NCBI GenBank assembly: GCA_973895155.1
Contig: OZ316895.1
Coordinates: 18,237,880-18,301,879, forward strand
From: Marsupella aquatica
Taxonomy: Eukaryota; Plantae; Marchantiophyta
Direction: 5' to 3'
Length of the DNA stretch: 64,000 nucleotides
Shown: piece after piece, positions 13,627 to 23,615 of the stretch
Numbering within the stretch: position 1 is the first letter of the stretch
How the letters are laid out: each line of letters opens with the position of its first letter
Notes under the pieces: generated by a model
Databases searched by the model: none
What the model was told of the DNA's origin: nothing
Seen by the model: only the letters and a program-made list of their open reading frames with translations
Position numbers and translations under genes: made by a program

Positions 13627-16600
13627 TCACTTCTTGCCCGGGGGGCAACGCCGACCAGCAACGAATAAGTTTTCCACTACCTCTGACAGTACAAGTCCCA
13701 GGTCAAACACACGTCTCCCCCCCGTCTGAAACATGTGAGTGTTTCTCCCAATCCAGAGCCTCCAGAGAATCTGGTGCAAGACAAAAAGTTGCGCCACTCG
13801 GATCGGCTCCCTCCCACAGGCTACATCTAAAAGGGCCATCAGCCCTTGTCCAATTGGCATATCCAGCGCACTCAACGAGGTCAAACAGAGACGCCAGCAA
13901 CAGACAGCATGTGCACATTGGAAAAAAAGGTGAGGGATGGTTTCCAGCCGTTCGCTGCACAACTTGCAGTCACCATTGCTCACCTCTAATCTAAGTGCAC
14001 GGGCCCCAGTGAACAAGCCTCCCACAATGATCCTCCATATAAAGGTCTTGCCTCTGGTTGGTAAATCCGATCTCCACAGTCTGGACCAGCTCTCATTCCA
14101 TCCTCTCTCCTCTCGGGTAAGAGACCAGATCCTATTCAGGCGTTCGTGATTTGAGGTCTTGGGCCGCAAGAAGTCATACACTCTGCAGTTCTGAATTCTG
14201 AAATCCTTCAATGGTTCAGGTCTATCTGTCCACCTCCACTGTTTGGCATACAGGAAGTACTCTGACCGGCAATGTGAAGCACTCCATATACTTTCCAAGA
14301 ACTTCCGTGCAAGCAATCGATGCTCTGCAGAGAATCCACGCATGTTGCTCCATCTAAGCGGGAGGTCCTTCCAACATCCTTCCTCCGCCGACCAACCATC
14401 ACCAATCGATCTCATTCCCAGCCGGCCACAGATCGTTGCAATGTCCATAATGGCCGAATTAGGAAGAGAATGAAAGCCCACCATACATCTGAGTGTGTCA
14501 GTGATGCTCCACCGGGCAGGCGGCCCCCCCCGGCCAGGCTCAAAGGATAGATGGGCTCTCACTAGCTCCCAGCATCGCCAGAGACCCGTAGTGTAGGGGA
14601 GCCCACTAAAGGAACGAGGTGTACATAAAAGCAACTGGTCCTGGAAGGAGTATCCATTTCTCCTAATAACCTTGTAGTTCATCCACCCCAACAATCCCAG
14701 ATTGGCCGCCAACATCTTGGACCATTCCAGTTCTGGCGAGTTCAGTGCCTTAGTGAACCATTGAGAGAGCAGGGCATCAGAGTGGCTGCGGAAATCCCGA
14801 AATCCCAATCCCCCCTCCACTCGTGGCAGTGCCATCCTGTCCCAAGCCACCAACGAGACCTTCTTCCCTCCTGAGTCATTGTATCCCCATAGAAACTCTC
14901 TACTGAGAGCAATAAGCTTCTTGGCTAGACCAGCAGACGCCTTGCAATACATATCATGGTAGATCGGAATAGCAAGCAGCACCTGTTTAACTAGTAATGA
15001 TCGGCCAGTAAAGGAAAGCAACTTGTTGGACCAAACAGCAAGCCTGGCACAAATTTTGTCGAGGCAGAATTTGTGCAGTTGCTCCGTGCTCAAGCCCACC
15101 CCAAATGGTGCACCAAGATATTTTTGCATCTCCCCCCTTTGACTGATATGGCAGCCCGTGTTATTCAGCCAAACAGGGACCTCCTCCATAGCCAATGGAA
15201 TCACAACTGATTTCTTCAAATTCAGTCGAGCACCGCTAGCCTTCTCATAACAGTCCAGAGCAGTTGTTGCTTCCTCAAAAGCATTCTCAGTTGCAGGGAT
15301 AAACATCCCCACATCATCCGCAAACAACCTGTAGCAAATAGTGAGATCAAGCGAGATCTGCAAGCCACACAGTCTACCCGCTGCTAGCTCTGCATCAAGA
15401 AAATCCATAAGTGGCTGCGTGGAGATAACAAACAGCAACGGTGATAAAGGGCAGCCCTGTCTTACCCCACGCTTGAGCTCAAACGTGTTAGATAGTAAAC
15501 CATTCACCAAGGCACGTGAAGATGCCTGCGCCAACAACGCTCTAACCAGTGAGATGAAACGTCCGCTTATCCCTAACAACTGCATACATTCCCATATATA
15601 TTCATGCGACACACGGTCAAAAGCCTTCTCAAAGTCTAATTTCAGAAACAGTGCCTCTCGTCTCCTTTTGTGAACCCAATCACAGGCAAGCCAAGCAAGG
15701 GAAATATTTTCTAAGATGTGGCGTCCAGGGATAAATCCAGTTTGTTGCGGACTGATTATCAGGTGTAGGATTGGTTTTAATCGCAAGGCGAGGATCTTGG
15801 CAATTAGCTTGTATATCGTATTTAGCATTGTCAATGGGCACCAGTCACTTAACAAACGTTTGTTCGGTTTCTTGGGTATGAATTTAACAATTCCTTCACA
15901 AATATCAGCATCGAGGGCACCCGTAAGCCAAAATTCCTGTATCATATCCACTAAATCCTGACCAATAAAACCCCAACATGCTCTATAAACCTCTGTTGTC
16001 ATACCGTCAGGCCCGGGTGTTTTGTCATTGGGCAAGAGCCACAGCACATCCTTCACCTCCTGGAATGTCGGGAGCTTCTCCATCTTTGAAATGTCCTCCC
16101 TTGAAAGGGAAAACCTTGTGTTGCTGAGCAGTCTATCACGAGCCAAACGTCTCTCTTCTGCCTCCGCTTCGGAAAAAGACTCAGGTGAGTACAATGTTTC
16201 ACAAAACTCTTCAACCTCCTTCAGAATCAATCCCGAGTCAGAGATCGAACTCACATCCACCCTGCTCAAGGAAGACATAGCCTCCCTGGATCTCTTGGCT
16301 TTCACTGTGGCAAAGAAAAATTTAGTCGATTCATCTCCTTCCCCCAACCACTTAACTCTGGCTAGCCTGCGTCCTCTGTGAGCTTCCTCCAATTCTGAAG
16401 CATGCAGCGTGTCCTCAACATCCATGAAATCAGCAATGTCCTCCTCCGATTGATTTTCTAGAATGGCCATCTTAAGTGTCCTCAGTTGAGCTCTCTGAAA
16501 AGCCAACTCCACCTCCGTCGTCCTTGGCTTGGCTTGTATCTCCTTAAGTGCTTGTCTCAGTCTCCAACTTCCATTAGTAAATCGATTACGCGGGTCCACA

Positions 16601-17457
16601 CAGTTCTCTCTTCCCACTCTCCAGGCTTCTTCGAGTAGTAGCATGTCCTCTCTTTTCCAAAGCACAGCCGAGTTGGCCATAAACAGTCTCACTTTCCCTC
16701 GCTCCACATTCTCAGTCAATCCTGCAATCCTCACATTCAGCAGGATCGGGTCGTGATCAGAAAGAGCCGATCCCCCATCGTGAATGAGTTCCACCTCGCT
16801 CAGCCATCCACCCATTTCACTTACATAAATCCTGTCAAGTCTGGACTATAGCATCACTCCATTACGCTTCCTCCTCCATGTGAAATGCGGGCCAGCCGCT
16901 CCACCTCTAAGGTCCCACGCATCTGTCAGGTTCAATCTCATCTTCAAAAATCTCCAGAACTCAGCCTCCCTACCTCGGATTAGTGGAGACGGTCCCGTTG
17001 AGTCATTTCTGCGTTCCGTCATGTTGAAGTCTCCACACAACAGCCAATCATTGTGCGGCAGCGTCATCTTTAAATCATGCCATAGAAGTGACCTTAATCT
17101 AGCTGAATTGGGAGCGTAAATGCAAGCAATCCCAAACGTCACATCTTCCTTCGCGACCATGGCCCATACTGCCCTTCCTAAATCCAGTGCTCCCGAGCAA
17201 ACCACCTTCAACTCAGGGTGTACCAGTAATGCAGTTCCTCCCCTACCCTCGTCAGGTTCTGAGGAAAAGTGTTGATACGAGGGGAGAATAGCCCTCAACG
17301 CCAAATCAAGCCAAAATTGATCAGCTTTTACCTCTTGTAAAGCCAACAGCGCCAATGGCACCTTCAGTGATCTTACCCAATTTTTAACAACATGCTTGCG
17401 GTTGGGCTCACACAGTCCGCAAACATTCCATGACGCCACTCTAATTATTCCATCCAT
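13627..17457 (-). pseudogene. LINE-1 ORF2: APE endonuclease, RT and zf-RVT; one in-frame TAG at 16846
   Basis: Motifs SWNVCGL, LQEVK, CGDFN, SDHDPI, PGPDG, KLDFEKAFD, GVRQGCPLSP, FADD and CKLCSERLETIPHLFFQC. The two track ORFs are in the same frame. Confidence 0.93.
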
Positions 17458-17513
17458 CCTCCCACTGTGCCCTTGTTAGTGCATAGCACAGCCACACACC
17501 TCCTCTGTCTCTC

Positions 17514-17950
17514 TCAGATCCTGGTGCGTCCACCCGGAGACCACCCTGTCAGCTCTCGGCCTATAGGTCCACTCATGTATCCACTGATTGATCCAGCGGG
17601 AGATACCCGCATGGGAGAGGCAAGATCAACCATCCCAACGCAGAGGGGAGCACTCCCCAGGCCCACAGTTGAATTTACTCTCCCTCCTTGGATGTCGCAC
17701 CGCTGCCCGTCGTCCCTCTCCAGGCCTTCCGCTCCGCCTGCATCAGACATAACACCTCGTGAGAATCTTAGTGATCTTTGCTTCTTGGCCTCTCCTTTGG
17801 CCTTCTCGGTCTTTTCAGAAGGCGGTGTGCGAAGCTCCTGTTTGCGGGCTCTAGCCTTGAATTTACTGTGTGAGATATAAGCCTCGTATTCCGACATCTC
17901 AGCATCAGATTCCGCATGAAATGAGAAGGTCTCATCGTTCCCAGCACACG
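17514..17950 (-). pseudogene. LINE-1 ORF1 C-terminal part, downstream of the element B insertion
   Basis: SDAEMSEYEAYIS...ELRTPP matches SDIEMSEYEEYIS...ELRTPP of LINE-2 ORF1. Joins 31165-32820 in frame across the ACACG TSD. Confidence 0.8.
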
Positions 17951-19342
17951 TGTGGTATGGGTGTCCCTGCAATTTTTTCTGGAAACTTGTTTATTTTTAG
18001 CATATCACAAGATTTACTTACACTTTAGACACCTTCCGGCCAACATTTACTTGTTCTGGACACTTATAGAAATATTTGACATCTCCGGCTTTCCTGACGA
18101 TTCCTAGTGTACTTTGCCCGACGCTGTGACCAGCGCCCGTTTCTTTTACTCAAGACGCTGCGGAAGCGTCCAACCTCCTCATGACGCTTTTGGCAGTGCC
18201 CGACCGCCACCAAGACTCTATGAGGATTTCGACCGACGCTGTGGAAAGCGTCAGCTTCAACACACGACGCTGTGAGCAGCGTCCACCCTAGTATTGACGC
18301 TGTGAGCAGTGTGAGCAGCGTCCGTTGGTTTTACTTAAGACGCTTCTAGCAGCGTCCAGATTCTCCCGACGCTTCTAGCAGCGTCCGCTCAACACTTAGT
18401 TTTTGAAGTAGATTACTAGTAAAGTAGTATTCTACCACCCTTGTTGAAGTACTTATGCTGTGCTTCTCCCTTGTTTAGTTTTAAGCTTGGAAAGGCACGA
18501 CTGTTCTTACCTCCTCCATTTTAGGATTCCAGCACTTATAAGACAGAGTAGAATGCTCATTTGAAGTAGAGAGAAATAGAGTTAATACTGTATTCAGAAT
18601 TGAGTCTTCTGAATAGTTTTCTCCTCCTTCCATTGTAACAAGGCATGCTGTGAGTGTTTTGTATGGAAGTAAAGCTATATTGATTGAAGTTAAGATTGAA
18701 TTCAAGAGATTCCTGTGGTGATTGAATTCAGTTGCAGATTTCTGAAACTCGTATTGAATTCACTGCTAGGCTTGCTTGCAGAGTCGGGATTCGCTAGCCA
18801 ATTCAAGAATAGTTAATGATAAATGAGAAGTAAATTCTGATTCTCAGAGTAGTTAGTACTGTTGCTTTGATTCTGGAATATGGTTTAGAGTTTGACTGAA
18901 TTGCGTATCGCTGATGTCAAACCATGTTGACGGCATTTTAAATCATATCATTCATTTGCAATCAGAAAGCTTCTGCTTCATCAGATTGAGAATTCCATTA
19001 TCATTAACCTTTGTGTTTTGAAGAGTGAGATGGATGAATTATGAGATAGATTTCATGTCTATACTGAGCCCAAATCCTTTCTGAAGGAGTGGCAGTAGCA
19101 GCTTGTAGTCTCTAAATCCTTACTCATTTCTTCTCTAATTCATAAATCAGAAGTTCAGTTACTTTGTTGTTTGTTTATTCGATTTTTTTTTATTGAGAAG
19201 TGAAGTCAACATAGAGCTCAAGACTCTAAATCACTCGGAGTGATAAAAGTTATACAATTCATTCTGAAATCTGTTCTTAAAGGGATCGAAACCCTGGTTT
19301 TAGGTGAGGAGAGTCACTTTTGATACTTAGCACTATACGACA
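17951..19342 (+). repeat. Element B 5' LTR
   Basis: TGTGGTAT...ATACGACA; direct repeat of 29773-31164 with no difference noticed by eye. Confidence 0.96.
18120..18385. repeat. Cluster of about 8 spaced palindromes GACGCT-N5/6-AGCGTC in the B LTR (also 29942-30207)
   Basis: Examples: GACGCTGTGGAAAGCGTC at 18235, GACGCTGTGAGCAGCGTC at 18266, GACGCTTCTAGCAGCGTC at 18339 and 18368. Confidence 0.85.
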
Positions 19343-19348
19343 TCTTTT

Positions 19349-19366
19349 TGGCGCCGCTGCCGGGGA
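19349..19366 (+). promoter_or_regulatory. Primer-binding site of element B, tRNA-Asp type
   Basis: TGGCGCCGCTGCCGGGGA just after the LTR; near match to the Athila PBS TGGCGCCGTTGCCGGGGA. Confidence 0.85.
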
Positions 19367-20560
19367 ACGAATTTAAGATTGAATTGACGTACAGGCAGTG
19401 TATGCCAGAAGGAGCTAGACGGGAGAGGAATTCACGTTCTACTATAATTGTGAAGATGCGTCATCACTCCAGTTAAAAAGATGAAGAGCTTCCATTTCGA
19501 GGTGATGCCGTACTCTATCCAAAGCGCCCCGGAAGCTCTCTTAAGAGTATTGGAAAAATTTGTGGTGCCAAACTTAAGAGAAGAAACCGCCCTCCCACCA
19601 GAAAAGGCCTCACAGAGAGGAGCTGTTGCTCGTCAAGTTGCTTTGGAGATAGTCGAAGACACCAAAGACACTTTGAGTGACAAGTGAAGTTATTCTAACG
19701 TTGCTCGGGACGTATGATTTGTAAAATTGTCCAACCATCCTGGTTCGTGTGACCGATGCCACCTATCCGATCTTTGGGAACATTAAGAATTAGGAATTTG
19801 AGGAATCGTTATGTTAATTCTTGGGTTCTGAGCCTGAGAGGGAGGAATGGCATACATTGGTTAACTATCACCTGGTGGGAAGATGAAAGTTTGCATTTAG
19901 TAATATTAAGGCTGAATGGTAGGATCACACAGGAGTGATATTTAGTCATTTCCATTCGGGAGTTAGCGGAAAGAATCATGCACCAGGAATTGCGTAGAAG
20001 ATTAGGAAGGAGTTAGACGTCTGATTAGTAGGATGGCCTAGTGTAGCGTACCATGTGGTAAAGAAATTTCAGGGTGAAGGAAGTCGGAGATTATGGGGAA
20101 CGCCCGGTTCCAGTAATCGCCACCGTAAAGGAGATAAGGAAGGACGCCGCGAAGAGCGTCCAATGCGATTCGTCCCAGAAGATTCCGCAAGTCAGGACGC
20201 TTCGAGTAGCGTCCGATCCCAGTGGACGCTGTGAGCAGCGTCCGGTGGAATCTGTGACGAACCAACGTGCGCGACGCTTCTGGTGTGCCTTTCCGCGTCT
20301 CAACCTGAAGGACGCACCAGAGAAAACGAGGTTTTAGAATCTCGGCTGGTCACTGAAGGGAAGTATTAGCTACGGGATAGCAAGGGGGAGGAATCATGCA
20401 AGGGATGTTGAACGACGCTACGGGAAGTCACTTTGAGGAAGCAGGTTCATATCTCCCGGAGTGGGGTGATAACGTCGCACCTAAATGGTGACTCCTTGCA
20501 TAAAGACTCCTGAGGAGCGGGTCTGGTGTCTCAAAATCACCCGTGCTTGGAGAATGAGGG

Positions 20561-21823
20561 ATGTCTGAGGGAGATCCACCGAATAAAAGAAAACCTACCA
20601 AGACCTCCAGTAATTCGGATGCTGCAAAATTAGTAGTGACCCCTCGCACATTGTTACCCGAATTCCAGTCACCAGGAGCACCTGCACCGGGTAGTGTGTG
20701 GAAACAAGTGGGATCTATTCAAGAGGCAAGTGGCTCTTTGGAAAGGCCCACGTCGACCCGACCCCTGTTTGTAAATCTTCGTTCAGGTCCAAAACTTATT
20801 GGTTCTCAAAAGACCAAGCTCCGCCAGCAGACAGTACGTTCGGTGAACCAAATTGACTCTGGTGTGGATAGTACCACTGAGAGGGCCTTATCTCATACCG
20901 AAGGAAGAAATTTGGGTTTGCCCGAGAATACAGTTGCAGAATCGCTGGCCCAAGATAATTCTGTCGATCTTTCACAATTGGATAATCCAGAACCACTGAG
21001 TGAAGCCGGTGGTTCGTCTTCTAGTGAGACAAGCAGCAGTTCAGGCTTGGGCAGCCCAAACCCATTTGCTACCCGATCAGCTCTTCCTTTCGTTACCCTC
21101 CTAGCTCCAACCACGATGGCTCGAAATAATGTGAGGTACGACCGGTTCTTCGGTACTTCCAAGGAGGATGCAGAGGTGTATTTGAAAGAATTTGAAGCTG
21201 CAGCTGCATCCAATGGACAGAGTCAAGACGCTGAAAAAGCCAATCTGTTTGGTGGTCTAATGAAAAAGGGTGCTCAGAAATGGTATGACCGTTTTCCGGA
21301 CAAGCAGGATTGGGGGAAATTGAAGGCTGCTTTCTTGGCCAAATATAAAGAAGAAGGAGCAGCTGCGCGTGCCTTTGCCCGAATCTCACATCTGCACATG
21401 AAGAAACATGGGTCTGTGAGGAAATATGCCGACAAATTATTGGATTTGGTAGATCAATATAATCCAGCTACCTCGAAATCTACTATCAAGGACTGGTTTA
21501 TTAACGGTTTACCCTCCAGGATTGCTCGTTACGTGAGACGAGAAGGTGGCACCACTTTGGAAGAAGTACAAGAGGCAGCCCAGAAGTACGTAGACTCGGA
21601 GATTTCAGAGAGAAAACGAGTTAAGAAGGACCTGAAGAAAGACAAAAGAAAGAAGAAGAAAACGTCCAGGTCTAAATCTGACTCGGAGACGGAATCAAGT
21701 GAAAGTAGCACTAGTGAGGAGGACGAGAGTACAAATTCGAGCACTAGTGATAGTTCAAGCTCAAGTTCCGACTCAGAATCCGTTGCTCCTAAAAAAAAAG
21801 AAATCCTCTGTAAAAGGGAATAA
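20561..21823 (+). CDS. gag: Element B gag, N-terminal part; frame changes at an A9 run (21791-21799)
   Basis: Gag core FFGTSKEDAEVYLKEFE...WFINGLP and a K/S-rich tract. Removing one A fuses it to the next ORF. Confidence 0.85.
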   Translation: MSEGDPPNKRKPTKTSSNSDAAKLVVTPRTLLPEFQSPGAPAPGSVWKQVGSIQEASGSLERPTSTRPLFVNLRSGPKLIGSQKTKLRQQTVRSVNQIDSGVDSTTERALSHTEGRNLGLPENTVAESLAQDNSVDLSQLDNPEPLSEAGGSSSSETSSSSGLGSPNPFATRSALPFVTLLAPTTMARNNVRYDRFFGTSKEDAEVYLKEFEAAAASNGQSQDAEKANLFGGLMKKGAQKWYDRFPDKQDWGKLKAAFLAKYKEEGAAARAFARISHLHMKKHGSVRKYADKLLDLVDQYNPATSKSTIKDWFINGLPSRIARYVRREGGTTLEEVQEAAQKYVDSEISERKRVKKDLKKDKRKKKKTSRSKSDSETESSESSTSEEDESTNSSTSDSSSSSSDSESVAPKKKEILCKRE

Positions 21824-23615
21824 TAAAGTTCCCAACCAGAAGAAGATGGATCGCATGATGGAAGAACTCTCTGGCCAATTGTCCAAGTTGAATGTCAATA
21901 TCGCCGCGGTAAAACCAGTACGAAGGTTGCCTGCTCCCATGAGAATGAACGTATGGTGCACCCGATGCAGTCAGCAGGGCCATTACCCGAACGAGTGCCC
22001 CACATTACGAACCCCGGTGAATTATGTAGATGGTCAAGAAGAGGCTGAGGAGTATGAGTACGATCCCACGTATACCGTCCAAACAGCACCCCCTGGACAG
22101 TATTTCCCACCACCTCCTGCTTCCAGACCGACTTGGGGACCACCTAAGCCCACTTTCAATAAACCAACGTCAAGACCACCCATGGGACCCCCGGGAGGAT
22201 ACCCACCACGAGGAATGCCGCGTCAAAAAGGGGCTTGTTGGAATTGTGGCCAACCTGATCATTATTCACCCCAGTGCCCTTATCCCAAACAGGAGGTGGG
22301 GTATACACCTGTCTGTGGGAACTGTGGAAAAGAAGGACACTTACCGGTGGAATGCCCGAATCCGGCTAAGCCTAGGCTGATGGTTCGATTTGCTCAAGAG
22401 CCAGTTAAAGAAGCAAGTCGACCTGAAGCCAAGATTCGGATGGTTTATTCTGAAGAGATGGAGCAATGCAGCTTCATTCAACATATGGATGTAAATCGGG
22501 TGGAATTAAAGCCAGATTCACTTTTTCATCAACCAGTATCCGGGGTGGTGCCTGATGTCTTGGTAAGTCATTTAGTGAAACCTGAAGTAGTTGGTATGCC
22601 GAATGATCGAGTTCAGAATCGGGATAAAGTTCTGACTAATATTTACGCAACTACTCGTTCGAAGAAAAAGGAGACCAAGAAGCACGAGCATCAGAAGGTC
22701 GCGAAAGCTCCCAAGGATGAAGGGCGCAAGCCATGTAAGGAAGGCCTCGACAAAGAAGACGACCCTGCTTATGACCGATATGACCCAAAATACTTCTTGC
22801 CCGACATCTCTTTGGAAGTGAAAGACCATCTGGAAGAGCTAGTTAAGGAGCAAGTGCAATCTCCTAACCCACCAGTAGTAGTCAAAGCTAAAGAGCCACT
22901 GAAAAATCCAGGTTATGATATTGTTGAAGATGTCAAGAATCATCCTGCACATATCACCATTGGGGAATTATTACAGGACAATCCGGTTTATAGGCGACAG
23001 CTGAGGAGCCTCCTTGCAGGAAAACGGAGGAAGAAGAAGTTACCTTCTGTGGATGTGCTACGAACAGAGTGGGAGGACAAAGGACCGATGGAAATTGAGG
23101 TTCAAATCCAGGGGTGTGTCATTCGGAGAGTTCCTGTGGATGGAGGAGCCAGCGTTAATCTGATTACACAGTCAGCAGCATTTAATTTGGGTTTCACTAA
23201 GTTTGAGCCCACTCCCAAGATTTTGCGCATGGCGGATCAGTCTCGTGTGGTACCCATAGGGAAGCTGACCAAAGTAGAAACTTTGATTGCTGGTGTCCCT
23301 TTTCTGTTGGATTATGTGGTTATTAATCCGGAAATACCATCCAGCTTTCCTGTTTTGTTAGGCCGACCATGGTTGTATAAGGCTCAAGTTCAGGTTAATT
23401 GGCAATCTCAAGAGCTTTCATTTGGGAAGCCTAAGGTGACTGTTAGTTGGGTTCCGGAACCACATTTTGGAGAAACACAAACAGATGATGGGTACACCTC
23501 GGATTTTTCGACCTCTTCGCTAGTCCTGCAGCCATTGGAATTTGAACTGGAGGAAGTTCGTTACTTGGAAGTTTATCTGTCTGATGCTCCCATAAAACCA
23601 ACTAGGCCCTCCTGA
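21699..23615 (+). CDS. Element B gag C-terminus (three CCHC knuckles) and aspartic protease
   Basis: Knuckles CTRCSQQGHYPNEC, CWNCGQPDHYSPQC and CGNCGKEGHLPVEC; protease VPVDGGASVNLI...LLGRPWL. Confidence 0.9.
   Translation: MKVALVRRTRVQIRALVIVQAQVPTQNPLLLKKKKSSVKGNNKVPNQKKMDRMMEELSGQLSKLNVNIAAVKPVRRLPAPMRMNVWCTRCSQQGHYPNECPTLRTPVNYVDGQEEAEEYEYDPTYTVQTAPPGQYFPPPPASRPTWGPPKPTFNKPTSRPPMGPPGGYPPRGMPRQKGACWNCGQPDHYSPQCPYPKQEVGYTPVCGNCGKEGHLPVECPNPAKPRLMVRFAQEPVKEASRPEAKIRMVYSEEMEQCSFIQHMDVNRVELKPDSLFHQPVSGVVPDVLVSHLVKPEVVGMPNDRVQNRDKVLTNIYATTRSKKKETKKHEHQKVAKAPKDEGRKPCKEGLDKEDDPAYDRYDPKYFLPDISLEVKDHLEELVKEQVQSPNPPVVVKAKEPLKNPGYDIVEDVKNHPAHITIGELLQDNPVYRRQLRSLLAGKRRKKKLPSVDVLRTEWEDKGPMEIEVQIQGCVIRRVPVDGGASVNLITQSAAFNLGFTKFEPTPKILRMADQSRVVPIGKLTKVETLIAGVPFLLDYVVINPEIPSSFPVLLGRPWLYKAQVQVNWQSQELSFGKPKVTVSWVPEPHFGETQTDDGYTSDFSTSSLVLQPLEFELEEVRYLEVYLSDAPIKPTRPS

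Noticed and set aside
18120-18385. Spaced palindromic repeats resembling a CRISPR array
   Set aside because: Repeats are short and degenerate with irregular spacing, lie inside an LTR, and no cas genes are present.
18481-18705. 74-aa ORF duplicated at 30303-30527
   Set aside because: Identity simply reflects the two LTRs; there is no coding signature.
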